A stretch of 64,000 bases of DNA. Origin: an uncultured Eubacteriales bacterium (GTDB lineage Bacteria; Bacillota; Clostridia; Oscillospirales; CAG-272). Shown piece after piece: positions 56,691 through 64,000 of the stretch. Under the pieces are notes generated by a model. It searched no databases. It was not told where the DNA came from and was given only the letters and a program-made list of their open reading frames with translations. Location: positions 6,498 to 70,497 of the forward strand of contig CAKSEI010000001.1 of NCBI GenBank assembly GCA_934446285.1, written 5' to 3'. Every line of letters begins with the position of its first letter. Position 1 is the stretch's first letter. Both the position numbers and the translations under genes were made by a program.

Positions 56691-58577
56691 TCAGTTTATA
56701 TGTATCTCCGTTGTATTACCGTTTTGCAAAAGGGAAATTACGCCGTCCTGCGGCTTTTTCAGCGTGATTGTAAAGCTGCCGTCCTTTTTCTGCGAGCAAA
56801 CCTTGCCGTTTGCCGTTAAACTATAGCCCGGGTCGCTCGTACCCGAAAGGGTTATACAGCCGTCCGCCTCTGCGGTCACTGCGGCGCTCGGCTGCGTGCC
56901 GTCGGAGTAGCTCCGAATATATTTTATTCTCGTCGAGAAAAGCTCCTCGAGCGAATCCGTCACGCCGCTGTCGTTTCCGTACAGCGCAGCATATCCGTAC
57001 AGTATGCTGCCGCGGTAGTTTTTATACTCCCGCGCGCTCGCTATCTGGCGGGCAATCTCGCCCGCGTCCCATTCGCCGCTCTTATATGCCGCGTGGGATA
57101 TGTAATATTTAACACCCGTGCCTTCGAGCGCCGCATTCCACCATGAGCAAAGCTCCTCATACGGTGCGGCCTCGCTCGACAATTGCCAGTATATCTGAGG
57201 TGCGAGGTAGTCAAGAGCGCCTGTGCGCGCCATGTCGAGCACATCACAGTACAGGGACTTGTACGCCTCAAAGCCGCGCGTCGCCGAGCCGTTATTCTGC
57301 CCGTCGTCGTTCTGCCATATGCCGAAAGGTGCTATGCCGAAAAGGCAATCGGATTTTTTATCCTTTATTGCTTTCATGCACGAACGCGCAAGCTCCGTGC
57401 AGCTCGCACGGCGAAAATCGCCTAAATCCGAATAATCGCCGCCGTATTTTTCATACGCCGCCGAGTCGTCAAAGTCTTGTCCCTCAATCGGGTATGGATA
57501 AAAATAATCGTCAAAAATTATACCCTGAATATCGTAATTTTCTGCAAGCTCCGCGCAGACCGACGCTGCAAGCTCACGTACCTCGGGCAGACCGAGATTG
57601 TAATAAAGTTCCCCGCCGTATTCTACGGTAAGCTCCGGATTTTTCACTGCCGGATTTTTCCGCGAGAGAGCATTCTTATCGAGCGCGCCCGTCGTTATTC
57701 GCATGGGATTTACCCACGCGTGCACGGCGATACCCTTTTCGTGTGCGGCTTTACAGACGTACTCAAGGATATCGAAATCGCCGGGAAAAGCCGCGCCCTC
57801 CCTGCCCGTCACCACCGACGACGACGGCAGGATTTCCGAATGCCACAGTGCGTCGGAATACGGGCTTACCTGAAAGAAAATGGTGTTTAACCTGTTTTGG
57901 GCACAGAAATCAACTATTCTGTCCGCCTCGTAGGCAAGCTGACGTGCACTTAAACCTTTTTTCGACGGATAATTTATGTTATATGCGCTCGCGATATAAA
58001 CCCCGCGCATCTCCTCGTCCGCATCTCCCGGGGATAGGTCAAGCGCCTCGGCGGGCTGCACGCCGAAAAGCGTGTACATGCTGTCCTTCTCCGCTTTTCC
58101 CCTGCCGAGCAACATAACGATACAGCCAAAAATGACAGCTGCCGTCACGGGAATAAGAGCGGCAAGGAAGAAGAGCATACCTCTGTTCTGCCCTGCCGGT
58201 GCGGGTGCGCCGACCGTGCGCAAATTCTTTTTATTATATAATTCGGGCGCTGATGCCATTTGTTTTTCCTCGTTTTTGTTCTCTTCCCCGTTATTTAAAC
58301 GTGAATCCGAGTCGGGTATCCCGTTGTTTTCTTCTGTATTTTCAAGTCGTTCTCCCGCCTCTCGGTCCGACGGCACGCCTTGCGCTGCGTTATGTTCAAA
58401 TTCCGGACGGGTGTTCGGCTCTGTGTCAGTCGCGTCTTCTCCGTACAAATCCGCGGCGACGTGTGTATATGACTGCGGCGCTGTGCGCTCGTCGGGCAAT
58501 CGCTCCCCGGACTCTCCGCGGGCGCTCGGTTCATGCCCGTCAGGCTCAAAAATCTCCTCGGGAATTCTGTCGCTCAA
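56691..58577 (-). CDS. Glycoside-hydrolase-like family 10 (GHL10/DUF187, YngK-like) membrane protein with an acidic N-terminal extension
   Basis: TM helix MLFFLAALIPVTAAVIFGCIVMLL, then RGVYIASAYNINYP...LNTIFFQVSPYSDALWHSEILP...HAWVNPMR. TTG start at 58577 with a GGGGTGA RBS. An internal ATG (MASAPELY) is possible. Confidence 0.7.
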   Translation of the reverse strand: MSDRIPEEIFEPDGHEPSARGESGERLPDERTAPQSYTHVAADLYGEDATDTEPNTRPEFEHNAAQGVPSDREAGERLENTEENNGIPDSDSRLNNGEENKNEEKQMASAPELYNKKNLRTVGAPAPAGQNRGMLFFLAALIPVTAAVIFGCIVMLLGRGKAEKDSMYTLFGVQPAEALDLSPGDADEEMRGVYIASAYNINYPSKKGLSARQLAYEADRIVDFCAQNRLNTIFFQVSPYSDALWHSEILPSSSVVTGREGAAFPGDFDILEYVCKAAHEKGIAVHAWVNPMRITTGALDKNALSRKNPAVKNPELTVEYGGELYYNLGLPEVRELAASVCAELAENYDIQGIIFDDYFYPYPIEGQDFDDSAAYEKYGGDYSDLGDFRRASCTELARSCMKAIKDKKSDCLFGIAPFGIWQNDDGQNNGSATRGFEAYKSLYCDVLDMARTGALDYLAPQIYWQLSSEAAPYEELCSWWNAALEGTGVKYYISHAAYKSGEWDAGEIARQIASAREYKNYRGSILYGYAALYGNDSGVTDSLEELFSTRIKYIRSYSDGTQPSAAVTAEADGCITLSGTSDPGYSLTANGKVCSQKKDGSFTITLKKPQDGVISLLQNGNTTEIHIN

Positions 58578-58667
58578 ATTCTCACCCCATTATACCACCG
58601 ACGCCCTCTTTTTACAAGCCCGGCTTTCTTTTACATTCATTTTTACGTTGATAATACCGCCATTATT

Positions 58668-58770
58668 CCCCGGGCTTTTTTAAAAAAGCTCGGGAATAAA
58701 TGTTGCCGTTTTTCCGGAAAAGCAGCGCAAAAGCTTTTGCAGACAGGGATAATAAACTCTTGCAGACGTT
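58668..58770 (+). repeat. Partial mosaic-repeat copy (F)
   Basis: The hairpin CCCGGGCTTTTT-TA-AAAAAGCTCGGG and GCGCAAAAGCTTTTGCAGAC match modules of copies A and D. Confidence 0.4.
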
Positions 58771-58860
58771 TAACAACACGAAAATTTCGGTTTTACCCGT
58801 TCAATATTATGTTTGTTAATTCGTAAGTGTAAGGCTTTTCACGGGTAACCGGTATATATG

Positions 58861-58889
58861 AAAAAACACGGCGGAAAGCCGTGTTTTTT
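58861..58889. terminator. Bidirectional terminator after rplQ
   Basis: AAAAAA-CACGGC-GGAAA-GCCGTG-TTTTTT. Confidence 0.7.
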
Positions 58890-58929
58890 CTTGTACGTCC
58901 GCTGTTGCGGGCGGTTTTATTTGGGATAG

Positions 58930-59319
58930 TTATTTGGACTTTTTGTCCTCTTTCTTATCCTCTGCCTTGTCCTCAAATCCTACGAGGCGGATGAGTGCCA
59001 TCTCTGCGGCATCTCCGCGGCGCGGTCCGAGCTTGTATATCTGGGTATAGCCGCCGTTTCTGTCGGCATACTCGGGGGCGATGGTTGCAAAAAGCTTGCT
59101 TACAACATCTTCCTTCGTTATATATGCCATTGCCTGACGGCGTGCTGCAAGAGTATTAGTCTTGCCCAGGGTTATCATTTTCTCAGTAAGAGCGGCGACT
59201 TCTTTTGCTCTCGTGTAGGTCGTCTCTATCTTGCCGTTTTCGAGCAGATAGGTTACCATGCCGCGCAGCATAAGATTTCTGTGTGCGCTCTTCCTGCCAA
59301 GTTTTCTTGTTCCCGGCAT
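58930..59319 (-). CDS. rplQ: 50S ribosomal protein L17
   Basis: 129 aa, typical L17, with a short KE-rich tail. Confidence 0.95.
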   Translation of the reverse strand: MPGTRKLGRKSAHRNLMLRGMVTYLLENGKIETTYTRAKEVAALTEKMITLGKTNTLAARRQAMAYITKEDVVSKLFATIAPEYADRNGGYTQIYKLGPRRGDAAEMALIRLVGFEDKAEDKKEDKKSK

Positions 59320-59335
59320 TTTCTTTCCCTCCTAT

Positions 59336-60286
59336 TCAGTCTTCTTCACGCTTCAGGTCAAGACCGAGCGAATGTAATTTTTCGATTACCTCTTCGAGGC
59401 TCTTCTTACCGAGGTTACGAACCTTTATCATGTCGTCCTCGGTCTTGTTGATGAGATCCTCGACGGTATCAATGCCGGCGCGCTTCAAGCAGTTGAAGCT
59501 GCGTACCGACATGTCAAGCTCCTCAATGGTCATCTCAAGGACCTTCTCCTTGATGGTCTCCTCACGCTCAATCATTATCTCTGCGTTCTTTGTCTCGTCG
59601 GAAAGCTCGACAAAGAGGTTGAGATGCTCGTTGAGAATCTTGGCTGCAAGAGACACTGCCTCTTTCGCGGAGATTGTACCGTTTGTAAGTACATCAAGGG
59701 TAAGCTTGTCAAAGCCGATGTTGTTTCCTACTCGCGTATTCTCTACGTTGTAGCTTACCTTATATACGGGGGTATATATGCTGTCGGTGTATATCACTCC
59801 GACTATCGGCTGATTGTTCTGCTTGTTCTTCTCCTGAGAAACATATCCTCTTCCGCGATCAAAGGTCAGCTCCATGTAGAAGCGGGTATCCTCCGATACG
59901 GTTGCTATATGCTGCTCGGGATTGAGTATCTCGATATCCGCGTCGGTCTTGATGTCGCCCGCGGTGACTTCGCACGCGCCGGTCTTGTCAATGACCACGG
60001 TCTTAGGACCGTCGGAATAGAGCTTTGCGACTATCCCCTTGACATTGAGGACGATTTCGGTTACGTCCTCCTTTACCCCGTCGATGCAGGATATCTCGTG
60101 GAGAACTCCGTCTATCTTTATGCTCGTAACCGCCACTCCGGGCAGCGAGCTCAAGAGCACTCTGCGCAGTGAGTTGCCGAGGGTAGTGCCGAATCCCCTC
60201 TCAAGAGGCTCGACTATGAAAGTACCTTGCGTACCGTCCTCGACCTCTTCGATAACGGATATGTTTGGCTTTTCGATTTCTATCAT
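59336..60286 (-). CDS. rpoA: DNA-directed RNA polymerase subunit alpha
   Basis: [14 protein letters not shown]... The start at 60286 has a TAGGAGGA RBS; the ORF-track start at 60343 is an extension. Confidence 0.95.
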   Translation of the reverse strand: MIEIEKPNISVIEEVEDGTQGTFIVEPLERGFGTTLGNSLRRVLLSSLPGVAVTSIKIDGVLHEISCIDGVKEDVTEIVLNVKGIVAKLYSDGPKTVVIDKTGACEVTAGDIKTDADIEILNPEQHIATVSEDTRFYMELTFDRGRGYVSQEKNKQNNQPIVGVIYTDSIYTPVYKVSYNVENTRVGNNIGFDKLTLDVLTNGTISAKEAVSLAAKILNEHLNLFVELSDETKNAEIMIEREETIKEKVLEMTIEELDMSVRSFNCLKRAGIDTVEDLINKTEDDMIKVRNLGKKSLEEVIEKLHSLGLDLKREED

Positions 60287-60367
60287 ACCTATTCCTCCTA
60301 TATGTTGTTTTGGGTTTACAAGTTTGCCTCGCGGCGCTCTCACGCCGCGTCAGGCAGGAGGTGCGGA

Positions 60368-61000
60368 TTATTTGGAGTAAAGCTCGACGATAAGCTGCTC
60401 GTCAACCTCAAAGTCGATGTCCTCACGCTTCGGAAGAGCGACTACCTTTGCGGTTGCGTTTGCCTTGTCTACTTCAAGCCATGCCGTGCCTGCGCCCTTG
60501 CTCTCGGAGAGAGACTCGCACAGACCCTTTATCTTTGCGTTTGAGCGGCTCTCGTCGCGGACGCCGATAACATCGCCGACCTTCAGTATGATGGACGGAA
60601 TTGTCGCTTTCTTGCCGTTCAGGCGGAAGTGACCGTGGAGCACGAGCTGACGCGCTTCCTTACGGCTCTCTGCCATACCCATGCGATAAACAACATTGTC
60701 AAAGCGGCGCTCAAGCAGTGCAAGCAGATTTTCACCTGCAACGCCTTCCTGCTTTTCCGCCTGGCTGTAATAGCCCTTAAACTGCTTCTCAAGAACGCCG
60801 TAGTAGCGTCTTGCCTTCTGCTTCTCGCGCAGCTGCATTCCGTATTCCTTGAGCTTCTTCTGCTGTGCTCCGTGCTGACCGGGTGCTGTTCCTCTGCGGT
60901 CAAGGGCGCATTTGCCCGATGTGCAGCGCTCACCCTTTAAGAAGAGCTTCTGGTTCTCTCTGCGGCAAAGCTTGCACGCAGGTCCTGTATATCTTGCCAT
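60368..61000 (-). CDS. rpsD: 30S ribosomal protein S4
   Basis: [15 protein letters not shown]... Confidence 0.95.
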   Translation of the reverse strand: MARYTGPACKLCRRENQKLFLKGERCTSGKCALDRRGTAPGQHGAQQKKLKEYGMQLREKQKARRYYGVLEKQFKGYYSQAEKQEGVAGENLLALLERRFDNVVYRMGMAESRKEARQLVLHGHFRLNGKKATIPSIILKVGDVIGVRDESRSNAKIKGLCESLSESKGAGTAWLEVDKANATAKVVALPKREDIDFEVDEQLIVELYSK

Positions 61001-61021
61001 ACTTTTATCCTCCTCTAATAA

Positions 61022-61417
61022 TCAGACGCGGCGGCGCTTAGGCGGGCGGCAGCCGTTGTGCGGGATAGGAGTTACGTCCTTTATCATGGTGATCTCAAGT
61101 CCCTGTGTGTTGAGAGCGCGGATAGCGGACTCGCGTCCCTGTCCCGGTCCCTTTACGTATACCTCTACGCTCTTCATGCCCTGCTCTGCTGCGAGCTTTG
61201 CTGCGTGCTCAGCTGCCATCTGAGCTGCGTAAGGTGTGGACTTTCTCGAGCCCTTGAAGCCCATCTCACCTGCGGATGCCCACGATACGGCATTTCCGCG
61301 AGTGTCGGTTATCGTTACTATCGTGTTGTTAAAAGTGGAACGGATATGTGCAACGCCTTTTTCGACGTTCTTTTTCTCGCGACGTCTCTTAACAACCTTT
61401 TTTGATGTTTTAGCCAT
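61022..61417 (-). CDS. rpsK: 30S ribosomal protein S11
   Basis: Typical S11 ([18 protein letters not shown]). Confidence 0.95.
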   Translation of the reverse strand: MAKTSKKVVKRRREKKNVEKGVAHIRSTFNNTIVTITDTRGNAVSWASAGEMGFKGSRKSTPYAAQMAAEHAAKLAAEQGMKSVEVYVKGPGQGRESAIRALNTQGLEITMIKDVTPIPHNGCRPPKRRRV

Positions 61418-61432
61418 TGTTATATCCTCCCC

Positions 61433-61801
61433 TTATTTCTTTTTGTTTGCTATGGTCTTTGCGGGTCCCTTACGGGTTCTCGCGTTGGTCTTTGTTCTCT
61501 GTCCGCGTACCGGCAGTCCCTTACGATGGCGGATACCGCGGTAGCAGTTAATCTCTATCATGTTCTTGATGTCGAGAGCCACGTCACGGCGGAGGTCACC
61601 CTCAACCTTGTAGTTCTCTTCTATCTCGTCACGAAGCTTTGCTACCTGCTCTTCCGTCAGGTCCTTTGCACGCGTCGAGGGGTCAATTCCGGTTGCTGCC
61701 AGAATGTCCTGTGCGCTCTTTCTTCCGATTCCGTAGATATAGGTAAGTGCTATCTCTACTCTCTTAGCGTTCGGAATATCTACACCAGCTATACGAGCCA
61801 T
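61433..61801 (-). CDS. rpsM: 30S ribosomal protein S13
   Basis: [26 protein letters not shown]... Confidence 0.95.
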   Translation of the reverse strand: MARIAGVDIPNAKRVEIALTYIYGIGRKSAQDILAATGIDPSTRAKDLTEEQVAKLRDEIEENYKVEGDLRRDVALDIKNMIEINCYRGIRHRKGLPVRGQRTKTNARTRKGPAKTIANKKK

Positions 61802-61842
61802 CTTTTATCTCCTTTTGTGTAATAATATGTGGGAAATGCTGC

Positions 61843-61956
61843 TCAGCCCTGTTTCTGCTTGTGCTTGGGGTTTTCGCATATGACCATCACGGTTCCTTTT
61901 CTCTTGATGATCTTGCACTTTTCACAGATTTTCTTTACGGATGGTTTAACTTTCAT
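61843..61956 (-). CDS. rpmJ: 50S ribosomal protein L36
   Basis: Hand translation gives [37 protein letters not shown] (37 aa). It is below the ORF-track cutoff. Confidence 0.9.
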   Translation of the reverse strand: MKVKPSVKKICEKCKIIKRKGTVMVICENPKHKQKQG

Positions 61957-61973
61957 TTCTTTACCAGCCTTTC

Positions 61974-62201
61974 TTACTTGGAACGGTAGGTGATACGTCC
62001 CTTGGTGAGGTCGTAGACCGAAACCTCGACCGTGACCTTGTCACCCGGAAGTATCCAAATATAGTTCATTCTCATCTTGCCCGATATAGTCGCGTTGACT
62101 ACGTGACCGTTGGGCAGCTTGACCTTGAAATTCGCGTTCGGGAGAGACTCAAGTACGACTCCCTCAAACTCTATCACGTCATTCTTCGGCAGAATAATCA
62201 C
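61974..62201 (-). CDS. infA: Translation initiation factor IF-1
   Basis: [54 protein letters not shown]. The exact start is uncertain because the ORF overlaps the upstream gene by 23 nt. Confidence 0.9.
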   Translation of the reverse strand: MIILPKNDVIEFEGVVLESLPNANFKVKLPNGHVVNATISGKMRMNYIWILPGDKVTVEVSVYDLTKGRITYRSK

Positions 62202-62478
62202 TCCTTAATCTGTCAGTCTCGTCCAAAGCATCCTCAACTGCCTTACACGCCTTCGCTAACTCGGTGTCAGTCAGCGCGCCGCGGTGTATAAGAGAGTCGA
62301 GCGGCGACACGTCGCCTGCAATGACTACCAAATGCTTGGGATTCTTTTTTTTGGGATTTGATATACGGTGCGTGCGTCCGTCGGCGACAAGCACGCGCCC
62401 GTCAGCCGTTTCTCCGACCTCAAGCGCTACTCTTCCCATGTCTCTTCCGGCAAGGGAGAGTACAAAATGCATCTGCAT
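62179..62478 (-). CDS. KOW-domain RNA-binding protein (conserved map-infA spacer gene of Clostridia)
   Basis: [14 protein letters not shown]...[20 protein letters not shown]. Confidence 0.7.
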   Translation of the reverse strand: MQMHFVLSLAGRDMGRVALEVGETADGRVLVADGRTHRISNPKKKNPKHLVVIAGDVSPLDSLIHRGALTDTELAKACKAVEDALDETDRLRSDYSAEE

Positions 62479-63230
62479 CAGTCCACCTTTGTCAGCAGTA
62501 TCGGACCGTCATCCGTGACAGCCACGGTATGTTCATAGTGAGAGGAAAGCGCGCCGTCAAGCGTACAGACTGTCCAACCGTCATCGAGCGTTCGGACCTT
62601 GTACGTCCCGGCATTTATCATAGGCTCTATGGCTATGACCATGCCCTCCCGGAGCCTCAGTCCGTGTCCCGCTTTGCCGTAATTAGGTACATCGGGACTC
62701 TCGTGAACATTCCGTCCGACGCCGTGCCCGACGAAATCGCGCACTACGCCGTAGCCGTTCTTCTCAGCATGTTCCTCGACCGCCGCACCTATATCCCCGA
62801 GCCGTGCTCCGGGAACTGCGTGCTCCGCTCCGCGAAAGAAGCATTCACGCGTGGTGTCAAGCAATCTCTGTGCCTCTTCACTTATCCTGCCGCAGGCAAA
62901 TGTCCGCGCGCTGTCTCCGTGAAAACCGTTCTTGCATGCTCCGACGTCAATCTTGACAAGGTCACCCTCCTGCAGCACAACGTCCTTTGACGGTATGCCG
63001 TGTATGACCTGGTCGTTTATACTGATGCAGGCGCTGCCGGGGAAGCCGTACAGACCGAGGAACGAGGGGCGCGCCCCGCATTTCTCTATGTACGCATGGA
63101 TAACATCATCAAGATGCTTTGTCGTTACCCCCGGCTTTACCTGTTCGCCCGCAAGCATAATAGCCTCTCCGGTTATTCTGCCTGCCTCGCGCATTAATTT
63201 TATTTGCTCCGGTGTTTTGAGAGAGATCAT
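62478..63230 (-). CDS. map: Methionine aminopeptidase type I
   Basis: 250 aa with a typical pita-bread metalloprotease sequence. Confidence 0.95.
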   Translation of the reverse strand: MISLKTPEQIKLMREAGRITGEAIMLAGEQVKPGVTTKHLDDVIHAYIEKCGARPSFLGLYGFPGSACISINDQVIHGIPSKDVVLQEGDLVKIDVGACKNGFHGDSARTFACGRISEEAQRLLDTTRECFFRGAEHAVPGARLGDIGAAVEEHAEKNGYGVVRDFVGHGVGRNVHESPDVPNYGKAGHGLRLREGMVIAIEPMINAGTYKVRTLDDGWTVCTLDGALSSHYEHTVAVTDDGPILLTKVD

Positions 63231-63871
63231 TACTTTTGATATTCCTTAACTATCTGCTCAAACTGTTCAAGCGAATACTCAAGGCAGACCGATACGTCTA
63301 TGCGTGAGAGCAATCCCTTCTCCGCGTAGTAGGAGATGAGCGGCTCGGTCGTCTTATGGTATACCGCAAGGCGGCTCTTTACTACCTCGGGGTCATCGTC
63401 AGCGCGCTTTACAACGGGTGTACCGTCCTTGTCGCAGTGAACGCCGTCCCGCGGGGGCATTGTATCTATCTGATAGCTCGCTCCGCATTTCGGGCAGACT
63501 CTTCTGCCGCCTAAGCGGGCTGCTATCTTCTCGTCGGATATCTCGAGAGATACCGCGCGGTCGATACGCACTCCCATGTCGGTAAGTGCCTCAGCTTGAT
63601 TTACAGTCCGCGGGAATCCGTCAAGAATGAAACCGTCTGCGCAGTCATCATTCTTCAGCCTCTCGCGTATCAGCCCGATAACCACGTCGTCCGGCACAAG
63701 ATTGCCGTCCTTTATATACCTCTCGGCCTCGCGTCCGAGCTCTGTGCCCTCGGCTATTGCCTCGCGTAAAAGGTTACCGGTGGAGACTGTCGGGATGCCG
63801 AGCTTTTCTTTCACTCGGTCGGCAAGTGTTCCCTTGCCCGCTCCCGGTGCTCCGAGAAATATCAGGTTCAT
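63230..63871 (-). CDS. adk: Adenylate kinase (zinc-lid type)
   Basis: MNLIFLGAPGAGKGT; lid CPKCG...CDKDG. Confidence 0.95.
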   Translation of the reverse strand: MNLIFLGAPGAGKGTLADRVKEKLGIPTVSTGNLLREAIAEGTELGREAERYIKDGNLVPDDVVIGLIRERLKNDDCADGFILDGFPRTVNQAEALTDMGVRIDRAVSLEISDEKIAARLGGRRVCPKCGASYQIDTMPPRDGVHCDKDGTPVVKRADDDPEVVKSRLAVYHKTTEPLISYYAEKGLLSRIDVSVCLEYSLEQFEQIVKEYQK

Positions 63872-63875
63872 CTCA

Positions 63876-64000
63876 TCACTCCAAAAATCCCTTATAATGA
63901 CGCATAGTCATCTGTGCCTCAAGATCACGGACAATCTCAAGTGCAACACCTACGACTATAAGCAGTGACGAGCCGCTGAATGCTATGCCCGATACCGCGT
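63876..64000 (-). CDS. secY: Preprotein translocase SecY, C-terminal fragment (gene continues beyond the window)
   Basis: Hand translation gives ...[32 protein letters not shown]. Confidence 0.8.
   Translation of the reverse strand, partial: AVSGIAFSGSSLLIVVGVALEIVRDLEAQMTMRHYKGFLE

Overview
This is a 64-kb chromosomal window from a moderately high-GC Firmicute that looks Clostridia-like. The basis for that is the conserved gene orders secY-adk-map-KOW-infA-rpmJ-rpsM-rpsK-rpsD-rpoA-rplQ and rpsL-rpsG-fusA-tuf, Gram-positive RBS/promoter syntax, and SLH and sporulation-type envelope genes. All calls come from reading the sequence and recognising motifs in the supplied translations; no BLAST, HMM or Rfam searches were run. 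About 60 genes are supported. Most are housekeeping: pnp, rpsO, nrdDG-dut, rnj, asnA, topB, gpmI, typA, pepF, and the str and alpha ribosomal operons. The standout is the left 10.4 kb. There, a minus-strand promoter is followed by what reads as a class-I c-di-GMP (GEMM-I) riboswitch with a terminator expression platform. It heads a tightly coupled 9-gene operon: VTC/TTM protein, DUF4956, lipoprotein CE4 deacetylase, CotH kinase, membrane-anchored GH-like protein, HEAT-like protein, processive GT2 synthase, DivIVA-like coiled coil, and a solute-binding-like anchored protein. I read this as a second-messenger-controlled exopolysaccharide machine with an uncharacterised CotH/VTC/DUF4956 phospho-module. 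Other notable items: (1) a mosaic hairpin-rich repeat family at eight or more gene-end loci, one inverted pair bracketing a 2.2-kb unit; (2) a promoter, 31-codon sORF and terminator leader in front of a lower-GC ABC exporter; (3) an alkyltransferase-like MGMT homologue with PTHR instead of PCHR; (4) a self-contained XRE-S24 repressor / Y-family polymerase / small-ORF mutagenesis cassette with duplicated near-palindromic operators; (5) an rnfC-rnfD pair ending in a terminator without rnfGEAB; (6) a Cys-rich gene interrupted by an in-frame TAA and coupled to mscS; (7) an FMN riboswitch-ribU unit; (8) a PNPase with an Arg/Asp/Gly-rich tail; (9) a surface protein with about seven HCCC zinc-ribbon-like repeats. 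No rRNA, tRNA, CRISPR array, transposase or integrase was seen.
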